Shown here: piece by piece, positions 32,110 to 44,000 of the stretch
How positions within the stretch are numbered: position 1 is the first letter of the stretch
How the letters are laid out: each line of letters opens with the position of its first letter
NCBI GenBank assembly: GCA_963813075.1
Contig: CAWEXU010000004.1
Coordinates: 64,001 to 128,000 of the forward strand
From: Methanotrichaceae archaeon
GTDB lineage: Archaea; Halobacteriota; Methanosarcinia; Methanotrichales; Methanotrichaceae
Reading direction: 5' to 3'
DNA: 64,000 nt
Position numbers and translations under genes: made by a program
The notes under the pieces: generated by a model
Database searches by the model: none
Told to the model about the DNA's origin: nothing
What the model saw: the letters and a program-made list of their open reading frames with translations, nothing else

Positions 32110-32173
32110 TACTTTGGTTTAGCTGTTAAGCCTTTCCTTGCACAGACCAGCTACTGGAGCCGGGGGGGATTGC

Positions 32174-32410
32174 TCAGAGCGTCTCGGGCTCGACCTCGTG
32201 CTTGAAGGAGAGGGTCACCCTTGCCCTGTACTCCATTATCCCTCCCTCTCTGAGCCTCGTGTCCATTCTTGAAACCCTGGCCACCCTCATGTTTGAAAGA
32301 TTTCGGTTCGCAGTATTGATTGCAGATTGGACTGCGTCCTCCCAGCTTTCAGTTGAGGTTCCCACGAGATCGATATAATTGTACACGCTCTTGCCAATTG
32401 GCTCTTCCAT
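32174..32410 (-). CDS. Dodecin-family protein
   Basis: SVYNYIDLVGTSTESWEDAVQSAI...YRARVTLSF. Confidence 0.88.
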   Translation of the reverse strand: MEEPIGKSVYNYIDLVGTSTESWEDAVQSAINTANRNLSNMRVARVSRMDTRLREGGIMEYRARVTLSFKHEVEPETL

Positions 32411-32487
32411 AACAGATTATACGCTTTTATGATTGATATATCTTGTCAAAGAACAATCAAAGTCCAAGAGAAAAGAAATTCGCAGAT

Positions 32488-33147
32488 CTATTCTGCGCTC
32501 TTCTCTTCGCTCTTCTCAGCCTCTTTGTCCCCTGCCTCGGGGGCATCTGCAGAAGGCTGATCCGCAGGTGGCTGATCCGCGAGAGGCTGATCCGCGGGTG
32601 GCTTAACCTCGGGCTTCTTGGGTCCCTTGCCCATGGCCACCAAAGAGGCCTTGGCCTGGATCCTGGCCAGGGGATAGTCGTCCTTAGCCACCTTCTCCAG
32701 GGCAGTTATCGCCCGGTTCTCCTTCAATTCGCCGACCACCCAGGCCGCTCCCGCACGCACATCCTTGTCCTGGTCTTCCAGGGCCTCAATCATGCGATCG
32801 GACACCTGCTTTCCATAACCAGCAATGGCCACCATGGCATTGCTCTTGACCAGATACTCCTCGTCTTTGAGAGCCTCAATCAAAGCCTCAAGGGACTCAG
32901 TCATATCCCGTTTGGAGAGGAGCATGATGGCATTGGAGCGCACAAGCATGTGCTTATCCTTGGTGGCGGCGATCAGCTTCTCCGTAGACCAGCTCATGTC
33001 TGGCAGGACGGCAGGCATGGTGGGCTCTGCTGCCCCGCAGGTTGGGCAGGCCTCATCAATCATGGAACGGGTGATTATGGGCTCTGCCTTCTCCTCTGTT
33101 TTGTTCTCTTCTGGCGTATTCTCAACCATTTTGTTCTCTTCTTCCAT
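32488..33147 (-). CDS. HEAT (PBS lyase-like) repeat protein
   Basis: LIEALKDEEYLVK, ALEDQDKDVRAGAAWVVG repeats; C-terminal 15-bp PxADQ tandem repeat. Confidence 0.85.
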   Translation of the reverse strand: MEEENKMVENTPEENKTEEKAEPIITRSMIDEACPTCGAAEPTMPAVLPDMSWSTEKLIAATKDKHMLVRSNAIMLLSKRDMTESLEALIEALKDEEYLVKSNAMVAIAGYGKQVSDRMIEALEDQDKDVRAGAAWVVGELKENRAITALEKVAKDDYPLARIQAKASLVAMGKGPKKPEVKPPADQPLADQPPADQPSADAPEAGDKEAEKSEEKSAE

Positions 33148-33164
33148 GCACTAGACTTTTGCCC

Positions 33165-33752
33165 CTATTCTACTTCAGCTTTTCCCAAAAGGAATGCCCT
33201 CTTGTTGGCCTCCAAATGCCTGGCGGGCACAACCTCGACCAGTGCCTGGATGATATGCTCCTCGGAGAGGGGAATATATTGGGAAAGGGCACCGAGCATC
33301 ACCACGTTCATGGCCTGTCGGGTTCCCGCCTTCCCCGCCAGTGCGACGGCATCCAGGGCCAGCACCCTCTGGCATTGGCTGCGCAGGGGGCTGATCAGCT
33401 CATCTATAGAGGGATAGCGGGCCCTTCCGGTGGTGACTGTGACCGGCAGGACCGGCTGGGTGTTGACCAGAGCGATCCCCTCCGGGGAGAGGAAATGGCC
33501 AAACCGCAGGGCTTCAGCCGGCTCCAGAGCGATCAGGAGATCGGCGCTTCCCGGGGAGACCATGGGGCTAAAGCGGCATCCTATGCGGGTGTGATTGATC
33601 ACGCTCCCACCTCTCTGGGCCATGCCGTGGGTCTCTGCACCCCGGACCGGCTTTCCCGCCAGGACTCCTGCCCTGCCGATCACGTCCGATATCAATATCA
33701 CTCCCTGGCCGCCAACGCCGACGATCACCATATCGCATTCTGAGGTCCTCAT
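33165..33752 (-). CDS. iorB: Indolepyruvate:ferredoxin oxidoreductase beta subunit
   Basis: GVGGQG, ETHGMAQRGGSV, NVVMLGA. Confidence 0.93.
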   Translation of the reverse strand: MRTSECDMVIVGVGGQGVILISDVIGRAGVLAGKPVRGAETHGMAQRGGSVINHTRIGCRFSPMVSPGSADLLIALEPAEALRFGHFLSPEGIALVNTQPVLPVTVTTGRARYPSIDELISPLRSQCQRVLALDAVALAGKAGTRQAMNVVMLGALSQYIPLSEEHIIQALVEVVPARHLEANKRAFLLGKAEVE

Positions 33753-35534
33753 CTTCTCACCTCCAATATGGCAGAGCTGGGGCAGAGCTGGGCACAGATC
33801 CCGCAGCCGGTGCATAGATCGTTAATCCTCGCCACCTCGCCCTCAAACTCAATTGCCGGGCAGCCATACTCCACACAGATCCTGCATCCCTGACACTCTT
33901 CGCTCACCTGGAAGGCCCGTAGCCTGGCCCCGCTTCGGCGGGCCTTGATCACACAGGGCTGCCTGGCGATGACCACCGACAGGCCGGGATAATCCCGCGC
34001 CCTCTGGAATCCCTCTATCGTCCCCTCAAGGTCGTTGGGGTCCACAGTCTCGACCTGCCCTGCCCCCAGAGCCCTGGCCAGGGCCTCCAGCGAGACCTGG
34101 ACTGTGGGCTCGCCGGTGGCAGTTACCCCGGTTCCCGGATGGGGCTGATGGCCGGTCATGGCGGTGGTGGAGTTGTCAAGAATTGTCACTGTGATCCTGG
34201 CCTTATTGTAGGCGGCATTCAACAGGCCGGTCATGCCCCCGTGCAGGAAGGTGGAGTCTCCGAGGCTGGCGCAGATCCCCTCCGTCTCCCCGCCGAATCT
34301 TATGCCGCTGGCCAGAGTGATGCTCGCCCCCATGCATAGACAGGTGTCCACCGTCCCCATGCCCACCGCCATGGTATAGCAGCCTATGTCGCTGGGATAG
34401 ATCGCCTTCTTGCCATAGACCCGTCTCATGGCATAGTAGGTGGCACGGTGGCTGCAGCCCGGACATAAAGCAGGGGGCCGGGGCGGGACTATTTCTGCAG
34501 CAGTGAAGGTTTTTTTCTCCTTCACCTCCAGGCCGTTCATCCTGGCCAGGGCATCTCTCACCAAGAGGAAGTCCAGCTCACCCTCGCGAGGGATCCATTC
34601 TTCCTTGCCCAGAATCTCGACGGATGGATTTGCATCCTTTGCCAGCATCACCACCTGCTCTTCGGTCGACCGGCTCCAGCTCCTCGATCACCAGCACCCG
34701 CGAGACATGCTCGAGCATACGAGATATCAGCTTCTTTGGGGCAGGATAAGCGCCCACCCTGAGCAAAGAGTGGTCGAGGTCCAGATCCATGAGGGCCTCT
34801 TCGGCATACAGACCGGCAATCCCCGAGGCGATCACTCCCGTCTCCCCCCGGAGGGTGAGCCTGTTCCAGGGGCACCCCTCCAGCGCCTCTTCTATTGCCG
34901 GCTGCTTTGCCAATAGCTCGCTATGAAGCGGCCGGGCATGGCTGGGCAGGGCCACCCGTCGCGCAGGATTCTTGACGAAATGGCGCTCGCCGGAAGATGG
35001 CCGGTCCCCGCTCACCTCCACGTCCGCCCGGGCGTGAGAGACGCGGGTGGTGGGCCGGAGCATGACCGGGATGTTGAACCTCTCAGACAGCTCCAGGCCA
35101 TAGACTGCCATATCCCGCGCCTCCTGGGGGTCGGCGGGGTCCAGGCAGGGAATGGAGGCGAACTGGGAGTAGCGCCGGGAGTCCTGCTCATTCTGGGAGG
35201 AATGGCAGAAGGGGTCGTCGGCACAGATCAGCAGCAGTCCTGCTCCCACCCCCAGGTAGGCCAGGGTCATGAAGGGGTCGGCGGCCACGTTCAGGCCCAC
35301 ATGCTTCATGGTGGCCACTGAGCGGCAGCCGGTCCAGGAGGCACCTGCCGCCACCTCCAGTGCCACCTTCTCGTTCACAGACCATTCGATATGCAGGGGC
35401 AGATCGCCTTTCAGCTCCACCAGGGTCTCTATGATCTCTGAGGAGGGAGTTCCCGGGTAGCCGGCGGCAAGCCCCGTCCCCGCCTCCAGAAGGCCTTTGG
35501 CAATAGCTGCATTTCCGAGGAGATATTCTCTCAC
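33749..35534 (-). CDS. iorA: Indolepyruvate:ferredoxin oxidoreductase alpha subunit, frameshifted ~34665
   Basis: LLGNAAIA, GYPGTPSSEI, MKHVGLNVAAD, SSQNEQD; PPRPPALCPGCSH, GDSTF, C-terminal ferredoxin. Confidence 0.93.
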
Positions 35535-35684
35535 AAAGAACCATCCTTTTAATATATTTCAATTATATTCTGTCTCTGAGAGGGTCAATGCCCTTCTCTC
35601 TGATAACCGTTTTGATGCCGCTGACCGGCACACTGCCCTCCTATTCCACAAAATTGATAATCCCCCCCACCGTCCCTGCTAATT

Positions 35685-36734
35685 ATGCTCCCCTGGCAAT
35701 CCGATTCTGTGGGTTCGATCTACAACTATCTCTCTCCTGGCTGCCTGATCTGCCGGCAGGGGGCGGGCCTGGTCCTCTTCGTCACCGGCAGGTGCGAAAG
35801 GAATTGCTTTTACTGCCCCATCTCCGAGGAGCGGAGGGGTAAGGATGGAGTTTATGCCGATGAGCAGCCAGTACAAGAGCTGGCTGACATCCTGAATGAG
35901 GGCCGGGCCATCGGCGCTCTGGGCACGGGCATCACCGGTGGAGAGCCCCTCTTAAGGCTGGACTACGTCTTGAAGTGCATCCGGGCATTGAAAGAGGAGT
36001 TCGGAAGCGAGCACCACATCCACCTCTACACCGGCATTCTGCCCAATAGATCTGTCCTGGAGAGGCTGGCCGGGGCCGGCCTGGACGAGATCCGCTTCCA
36101 TCCCCCGGACGAGGAATGGTCCAATCCCACCGGTCTGAAAAAAGCATTGCAGGAGGCGAAATCATTGGGATTGGAAGCGGGAGTGGAGATCCCGGCGTAC
36201 AGGCCCGCGCCCCAGATCGTTCAGGCGGTCAGGGAGGCAGATGCCTTTCTGAATCTCAATGAGCTTGAGTTCTCGGAGACCAACTTCTCCCGCCTCAGGG
36301 ATGAGGGCTTTGCTCCCATCGACCTTGGCTGCGGTGCAGAGGGCAGCGAAGATCTGGCGCGGGATTGCTATCTGGTGGATGACATCAAGGTGCATTACTG
36401 TCCCTCTCGCTTCAAGGACGCGGTGCAACTGAGAGAGAGGCTGCGACGCCGGGCGGAGAGAACATCCAGGCCGCTGGATCAGGTCACCGATGAGGGGACC
36501 ATAATCCATGGCATAATCGAGGGGGAGAAAGATAGCCTCAAGTCCGCTCTTGGGATCATCAGAGAGCTACAGGTGCCTGATGATATGTACTCCTGCCTGA
36601 CAGGAAGGATAGATATCGCCGCCTGGATCCTGGAGGAGATATGTCCGGATCTCGAGGGCAGCAAATGCATTCTTTCTATAATTGAGAAATATCCTCTGAA
36701 GGACGGTCCGGTCGTGGAGAGAATACCTTTATAA
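35685..36734 (+). CDS. Archaeal radical SAM protein (PFL-activating-related)
   Basis: GCLIC..G..LVLFVTGRCERNCFYCP, TGGEP, LDEIRFHP. Confidence 0.85.
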   Translation: MLPWQSDSVGSIYNYLSPGCLICRQGAGLVLFVTGRCERNCFYCPISEERRGKDGVYADEQPVQELADILNEGRAIGALGTGITGGEPLLRLDYVLKCIRALKEEFGSEHHIHLYTGILPNRSVLERLAGAGLDEIRFHPPDEEWSNPTGLKKALQEAKSLGLEAGVEIPAYRPAPQIVQAVREADAFLNLNELEFSETNFSRLRDEGFAPIDLGCGAEGSEDLARDCYLVDDIKVHYCPSRFKDAVQLRERLRRRAERTSRPLDQVTDEGTIIHGIIEGEKDSLKSALGIIRELQVPDDMYSCLTGRIDIAAWILEEICPDLEGSKCILSIIEKYPLKDGPVVERIPL

Positions 36735-36772
36735 TCCTTAAATTCATTCTTTCGGGGCGGTGATTTTGCCGG

Positions 36773-37075
36773 ATGGAGAGCGCGGAAGAACGGATCCAGG
36801 AGAGACTGAGGAATTATCTTAAGCGGGATGGTGTGGGAATCCGGAAGGCAGTCTTAAAGCTTTTCCTGAGTGATGGTGCCTATACCACGGAGGACGTTTT
36901 TACCTATCTCGCGAAGGAGGGTTTCGACGTCAGCTACCGGGGGGTTTCGGCGATGGTCGGGCTCATGAACACTCGCCTGGGCATTTTGAGCATTGATGTC
37001 TCGGGGGATCACAACGTCTACTCCCTTAAGGGGGACCACAAAGGAGTGGTGAGGTCCGTTTTGGAGAATTATTGA
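36773..37075 (+). CDS. DUF2551-like methanogen wHTH protein
   Basis: RL..YL.RD..GIRK.VL, VSAMVGLMNTRLGIL. Confidence 0.7.
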   Translation: MESAEERIQERLRNYLKRDGVGIRKAVLKLFLSDGAYTTEDVFTYLAKEGFDVSYRGVSAMVGLMNTRLGILSIDVSGDHNVYSLKGDHKGVVRSVLENY

Positions 37076-37216
37076 TCTTAATGTACGCTCGGCAATTCTT
37101 ACATGTCAACGGCATTATATTTGTATTTGCATAAAATTGACGTTAATACTATAATGATAGTATGATGCTGGTGCCTGAACATCTCTTTCGCCCTTCTGTC
37201 CCTTTTAGCCATGAGC

Positions 37217-38720
37217 TTAGTTGGGCGGCTCTCCCCTTTTCATTCTTTTTAGATATTTATTAAGGGCTACATCTGCGATCAGATTCACTCCGGTCAGGGC
37301 AGCATGAACCAGCGGTCCTGCGGTCATCCTCTCCCGATAGAGGTGATGCAGTCTCTTCAAATGTTTGAGGTTGTACTCCAGGCATAACCCCACCAGATGC
37401 CAGTGCTCAGGCAATGCATCAGCCTTTGAAAATCCTCTGGTGCCGCCCAGCTTCGTCTCGGCGATGGTGGTGAAAAAGAGGGGCAGCATGAGGCCGGTGT
37501 AGTCCATAAGAGACTCCACCAACTCCGTGGTCCGGATGACATCCTCCGCCGTCTCCCCAGGCAGGCCCAAAACCAGGCTGGCCACAGGAAGCCAGGATTC
37601 CTGGTCAAAGAGTCGGTAGCAGTCCCTTACGATCTGGGGCCAGTTCTCGATCTCTCCCGGAAGCGCCTTTTGGGGCATATGCATCTTCAGGATGCGGCAG
37701 CTTCCCGTCTCTATCCCGATCCACGCGGACATATGGTTCTGATCCGAGCCTATGCCCACGATCTGGGAGATCTCTCTTAAGAGTTCCTGGTTCTGGTGGA
37801 CCGAGGCCAGGCTGAGGTGGGAGAAGTCCAGTGTCTTGGGCCCCAGCTTTTTGACCTTTGTCACGAGCTCAGTCATCTTCTCTTCATTCGGCCTCATCCC
37901 TTTGGAGCCGTAGGAGAAAACGTCCTCGCTGTGAAGGATGATATCCCTCTGGCCGCAGTCCAGGTTCACCTGCACGTCTTTCAGGATATTCTCCACCGGC
38001 CGGTGGCGCACAGAACGCATGGCGGGAGAGCAGAAGGCGCATCCTCTCCAGCAGCCCCTGCCGATCTCCACAATCCCGCCGATGCTCGCCCCTCTGTTTA
38101 CCGGTATCTTCTCCCCGGGCACCGCTGATCCCCGCAACACCTTAGGAACGGCCTCTCCTCTCAGTATCTGCCGGCAGATCTCAGGAAAATCGCTCTCGCC
38201 CTCTCCCAGGTAAACGTGGTCGACATCCACCTTCTCTCCCATGACCTCCCAGGAGCCGTTTCCACCCAGAACCACTCGTCGGACGGTGCTCTCTTATCAG
38301 GGGGTGGCTCAAAAGCTCGAGGAACCGGGAGCGATTGAATGGGGGGCCGCGGCGGATGATATCCTCTATCTGCCGGAAGGCGATCTTCCCCATGGGGTCG
38401 TCATGGGTTATCCCCACGATCCTGGTCTCCGGTCCTATGGCCCGGTCCAGGTGAAGGGGATGGGCCACCATCACCTCATCGCGAGAGAATCCTGACTCCA
38501 GGAGGGCTGCTTCCACCTTTCTCATGCCGCAGGGGGCAATTGCCGCCGATCCGTCCTCCAGCGACGGCACCGGCGGACAGAAGAAATTACCGAAGACCCG
38601 GTCGGGCAGGGTTGCCCGGGGCATGATGGCAGCAAAGCCGAGCATCACCCCACCGTGATAGCTGCTCATCATGGTGGTATCGCTGGTGAGGACAATTTTC
38701 TTGCCTGGAAATTGGGCCAT
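37217..38720 (-). CDS. B12-binding-type radical SAM protein, frameshifted ~38277
   Basis: APCGMRKVEAAL, HDDPMG in 38181..38720; GRGCWRGCAFC, GIETGS in 37217..38275. Confidence 0.8.
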
Positions 38721-38811
38721 CTATCGACCTCTGATTCTCTTTTGGCAGATAACGTTATTGGACAGTACTGGCCCCAATAAGTTTTTATCAGATCGTCGTC
38801 CCCTAATCGCT

Positions 38812-40314
38812 GTGCAAGAGAAGTCGTTATCGGAGATCAACGAACGCATTCGCAACGGCTCTGCCCGCGTGGTTACGGCAGAGGAGATGCCAGATCTCGT
38901 AGATGAGCTGGGCACGGCAGGAGCGGTGCGTGAGGTGGATGTAGTCACCACTGGTACCTTCGGCGCCATGTGCTCTTCTGGGGTTTTTCTCAATTTGGGC
39001 CATAGCGATCCGCCCATAAAGATCGCCCGCGCCTATCTGAACAAGGTGGAGGCCTATGGCGGAGTCGCCGCTGTCGACCTGTTCCTGGGGGCGACTCAGC
39101 CCTCCGAGGACCGGGGGATCGAGTATGGTGGGGCGCATGTTATGGAGGACCTGGTTACGGGAAAGCAGATTGAGGTTGAGGCTCAGGGCGCTCCCTCGGA
39201 CTGCTACCCCCAGATGGAGCTGGAGACCAGCCTCAGGCTGGAGGACTTCAACCAGGCCACCATGGTCAATCCCCGCAATGCCTATCAGCGTTACAATGCC
39301 GCTACCAACTCCTCGGACCGGACTATGCACACCTATATGGGAACGCTCCTCCCGGGCTTCGGCAATGTCCATTACAGCGGGGCCGGGGTGCTCTCTCCTC
39401 TCTCCAACGATCCGGGCTTCGAGTACATCGGGGTAGGGACGCGCATCTTCCTGGCGGGAGCTCAGGGCTATGTCATGGGTGCGGGAACCCAGCATAATCC
39501 GGAGAATGACTTCTCCACTCTGATGGTCACCGGCGACCTGAAGAGGATGAACAACAGTTTCCTGCGGGCGGCCACATTTCATCGATATGGGCCCAGCCTC
39601 TACCTGGGGATAGGAATCCCCATACCGATGCTCAATGAGAGGCTCGCCAGGAGCACTGCGGTGCGGGACAGCGATATAACTGTCCCGGTGCAGGACTATG
39701 GCATCCAGCGCCGGGATAAGCCCTCGGTGAGGATGGTCAGCTACGAGGAGCTGAAGTCTGGTTTTATCGACCTGGGGGGAAAGGAGGTCTCCTGCTCATC
39801 TCTCTCCAGCTTCCAGATGGCAAGAGAGGTTGCCCGAACACTAAAAGAGCAGGTGGAACGGGGCGAGTTTTTGCTCAGCCAGACGGCAGAACCCTTACCC
39901 CGGGTGGGAAGCTCCCGGCCCATGAAGCAGACCAAGGAGTCGCCCAATGTGGGTGATGTCATGAGCCGGGATGTGGTCACCGTCTTTGAGGACATACCGG
40001 TGGAGAAGGCGGCTAAATTGATTGTCAGCGGCAGCTTCGACCATCTGCCGGTGGTCTCCAGGGATGGGAGGCTGATCGGCATCATCACCGCCTGGGATAT
40101 ATCCAAAGCGGTGGCCAGCGGAAAGCCATCCCGGATAACGGAGATCATGACCCGCCGGGTCCATTCCGTCCGGCTGGACGAGCCCATTGAGCTTGCTGCC
40201 CGCACCCTGGATACGCATAGCATCTCTGCTCTGCCGGTGGTGGACAGAAAGGATAAGGTGATAGGAATGATTACCAGCAACCATATCTCTCGCCTCTTGG
40301 CCCGGAGGCGATAG
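38812..40314 (+). CDS. Homocysteine biosynthesis protein (MA1821-like, DUF39 + CBS)
   Basis: VDVVTTGTFGAMCSSG, NPRNAYQ, SPLSNDP; C-terminal CBS pair. GTG start at 38812. Confidence 0.9.
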   Translation: MQEKSLSEINERIRNGSARVVTAEEMPDLVDELGTAGAVREVDVVTTGTFGAMCSSGVFLNLGHSDPPIKIARAYLNKVEAYGGVAAVDLFLGATQPSEDRGIEYGGAHVMEDLVTGKQIEVEAQGAPSDCYPQMELETSLRLEDFNQATMVNPRNAYQRYNAATNSSDRTMHTYMGTLLPGFGNVHYSGAGVLSPLSNDPGFEYIGVGTRIFLAGAQGYVMGAGTQHNPENDFSTLMVTGDLKRMNNSFLRAATFHRYGPSLYLGIGIPIPMLNERLARSTAVRDSDITVPVQDYGIQRRDKPSVRMVSYEELKSGFIDLGGKEVSCSSLSSFQMAREVARTLKEQVERGEFLLSQTAEPLPRVGSSRPMKQTKESPNVGDVMSRDVVTVFEDIPVEKAAKLIVSGSFDHLPVVSRDGRLIGIITAWDISKAVASGKPSRITEIMTRRVHSVRLDEPIELAARTLDTHSISALPVVDRKDKVIGMITSNHISRLLARRR

Positions 40315-40316
40315 CC

Positions 40317-40703
40317 TTGAAGCTGATGCTTCATGTGGCTCCGGGCATTGTCCGCCATCCCATCGTCGCCTCGGTGATTCTGGAGACCAAAGCCCTGGTG
40401 AACATCGAGAGGGCGAGCATCAATGCGGTGAGCGGCGAGATCGTCCTGGAGGTCCCGCCTGAAAAGTGCCGGGAGGTAATGGAGGCCTTCGAGAGGCGAG
40501 GGGTGAGGGTCGTGCCCCTGGAGATACCGGTGATCAGGGATGAGGCCGAATGCGTGAACTGCGGGGCATGCGTCTCCATATGCCCCACCGGGACATTTCG
40601 CTTTGATGACTGGCGAGTGGTTGCCGACTCGGGAAAGTGCATTCAATGCGGAGCCTGCGTTGTGGGCTGTCCGCAGAGGGCCTTGAAGCTGGTCTTAAAG
40701 TAG
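40317..40703 (+). CDS. NIL-domain ferredoxin (MA1822-like)
   Basis: NIL domain plus CVNCGACVSICP and CIQCGACVVGCP. Confidence 0.9.
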   Translation: MKLMLHVAPGIVRHPIVASVILETKALVNIERASINAVSGEIVLEVPPEKCREVMEAFERRGVRVVPLEIPVIRDEAECVNCGACVSICPTGTFRFDDWRVVADSGKCIQCGACVVGCPQRALKLVLK

Positions 40704-41041
40704 CTCCCTTTGGAGGAAAGCTTCGGTCTTCTTTATTTTTTCACCTTAGATTGTATTTATTTATTCTGTTAATCTTCATATCAATATTAAGGCACGCATA
40801 TTATACCATTAACATTCTAAAGAAATAGAAGAATTTATATGGCCGGACAGTTTATAGTGATGTAGTATGTTGCAGCAGAACGAACGGTTGCAAGGATGAC
40901 ATGATATGTTGTTTGATGCCGATCTTATGGCAGGCGAGAATATAGCATTCCTCAAAGAGATGGCATTATTCAAACATGTCACCCATCTTGAGCCCGGCAT
41001 AAGATTCCTTGTTCGTTTGCATCCTGGGGGGGGAGGTCGAT

Positions 41042-44000
41042 ATGGATTCAAGCTCTGAGAGCGTCGTCTCCTCCCTTGGCTCTTTCGCTGAGATGCTCTC
41101 AGACCCGGAGGGGTACGATCCGGAGAGGCTGAAGAGCCTATCGTTTGCCGTTCCATCTCTCCTGTCCTCTTTCATCGAGGCCATGCTCTCCTCCGATGAG
41201 GATGTCATGAAAGAGCGGCTCGGAGACCTGGAGGATTATGCCACCCAGGTCAACAGCGTCCAGGCCTGGTTCAATCTGGGAAGGCTTGCTCATCGTCTAT
41301 TCTTTCATCAGGCGGCCATTGAATACTATCGCAATGCTTTCGATCTGGCCGAAATCCAGGGAGATGATTCCCTGGCCAGGATCCTATTATGTCAGGGGAA
41401 CCTGTACGGAGAGGAGGAGGACTGGCCACGGGCCTGCCAGTGCTATGAGTTGGCCCTGACGGCCATAGATGCGATCAAGAGGCCAGTTCTATTGCCAACA
41501 GTTCTGGATAGCCTGGGTCGAGCCTACCGGCAGCAGGGTGATTACCATCAAGCCCGGATGTGCTATGCCCGCATCCTGGAGATCCTGGACTCAAAGGACA
41601 GAGAGGGAAGGATAGAGGCCACAGGCAACCTGGCAGAGCTGTGTCAGATCCAGGGCGATATGGAACGGGCAGAGGAACTTTATCAGATATGCCTGAAGGA
41701 GAGGGAGCGGTCGCACGACCCGGCGGGAGCGGCATCCGCTCTTGCCTCCCTCGCCACCATCTACTGGCAGACCGGCAAGGGCAAGAGGGCCGAGATTTGC
41801 CTCCAATCCGCCAGCCATATGCTGATTGATCTGGGAGAGCACACCGGGGCAGCGGAGATGCAGAGCCGGCTTGCGGATATATATTTTCAGGAAGGCAGAT
41901 TCAAGGACGCTCTGGAGCTCTATTCTAAGAGCATCGCCGTTTTGCGGAAAGGCAATCCTCCTCTGGCCTCTCAGGTCCTCTGCCATATGAGTCAATGCTT
42001 CCTGGAAGAAGGGGATTGGATCCAGGCCGAAGACCATCTGCAAAGGGCAATAGCTCTCATGGAGGAGCATGGCGATTCCCCCTCTCGCGGCCGGGCTCTT
42101 ATCCTCCTGGCGGGCATTCACCATAAGCAGGGGCTGCTGGAAGAGGCCCTGCAGTGCTCCTGTGAGAGCCTGAAGATCAGGGAGAGAGCCAGGGATTGGA
42201 GCGGATCTGCCGAAGCCCTGAACCGCATGGCCAGGATCTGCAGCGACCGCTCAGACTGGCCGGAGGCGATCGAGTATTACCAGAGGGCAGCAGACCTTTT
42301 TATGGAAAACGGGGAGGACGCCTCCGCCGCCGAGGCCCTGTCCAATCTGGGGGGAGTGTATCAGCTGAAAGGAGATCTGGACGTGGCCCTGGAGCTGCAC
42401 TGCCAGGCCATTGAGATCTTCTGCCGGCTGGGAGAGAGACAGGGGGCCTCCGTGGCCCAGTCAAACATCGGCCTGGTCTATCAGAGCAAGGGAGATCTGT
42501 GCCTTGCCCAGGAGTTCTTCGAGAAGAGCATCGCCACCAAAGAGGAGCTGGGAGACGATCTGGGCATTGCTGGCACCAGGCTGAATCTAGGCCAGGTCCT
42601 TCAGCTCCGGGGAGATTGGGACCGGGCCCAATCCTGTTTTGAGGAATCGGCCAGGGCATTTGAGAATCATGGAGACCTGCAGGGTCTGGCGGCAGCAGAG
42701 AACAACCTGGGAAACCTCTGCCTGGACCGGTCCGATCCCATGCATGCCATCTTATGGTACCGTCTGAGCCTGGAGGCCAGGGTTGCCCTGGATGACAAGC
42801 ACGGCATGGCCACGACCCTGGGAAACCTGGCAGGGGTCTATCTCCAGACCAAAGACGGGGAGAGGGCGGCGGAGCTGTACCGGCAAAGCCTGGAGTCATT
42901 CAGAGAGGTGGGGGATGCTTATGGTGAGGCCAGATCGCTCTACGGCCTGGGAAGATGTCTGGCCGAAATAGGCGATCTGGAGGGGGCCGGAGAATGCTAC
43001 CGGGACTGTCTGGAGCAGCAGATCGAGAGGGAGGATTCCCGTTCTATGATCGAGGTGCTCGAGTCACTGGTGCAGCTGATACTGCGAAAAGGGGGATGGC
43101 AGGAGGCCCAGGCCAGGTACACTCAGGTGCTGGAGGCATTTCGCTCCAGGGATGACCCTCAGGCCGTGGCTGCGGTCCTGTGCTCTCTGGGAAATCTTCA
43201 TGCCGATCTCGGCCAGTGGGATGAGGCCACAAAGGACTACAATGAGAGCCTGGCGATCATGGAGGGGCTGGGGGACCAATACTCCGTTTCCGTAGCCAGG
43301 AACAACCTGGGCAATATCTGCTACCGTCGAGGTGACTGGGCTGCTGCCCTGGAGAATTATCGCCTGAGCCTGGAGGGCTTCGGCAGAGCAGGTGACCTGA
43401 TGAGCGAGGCCTCGGTTCTGAGCAATATGGCCAGCCTCTGCTATAAGAGAGGCCAGTGGCCCGAGGCTCGGGATAGCTATAACAAGAGCCTGAGCCTCTT
43501 TGAAAAACTGGAGGACTCAGCCGGCGTGGCCCGAGTGCTGGAAAATCTGGGAAACCTCTACCACCGCCAAGGAGAGCGCGATCTTGCGGCAGAGCACTTC
43601 CAAAGGGGCCTGAAGATCTGCAGACGCCTGGGTGACCAGGAGGGAGCAGCACAGATGCAGTCCAGCTTGGATATGATCCGGGAAAGCCTGGGCATATCTC
43701 CCGATATCGAGGATTACAGGAGCCAGCTGAAAGAGCTCGAGCAGGAAGGCGATATCTCCGGCCAGGGGGAGGTCCTCTCTGCTCTCGCCGGCTGTTATGC
43801 AGATCAGGGACTGTGGAACGAGGCCATCTCCTGCTACCAGAAGAGTCTGGAGCGGTTTGATGAGTGCGGAGAGATCTATAACTCCGGCCAGGTCCTCTTC
43901 AATACCGCCCTGGTCAATAAAGATATGGGTGACCTTGGCCGGGCCAAGTCCCTGCTTGAGGGGGCCTTAAACATTTTCCAGATGCTGGGTGCCCTGCCCT

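Noticed and set aside
32545..32605. 15-bp tandem repeat
   Set aside because: Encodes a low-complexity PxADQ linker in the HEAT protein; unremarkable.
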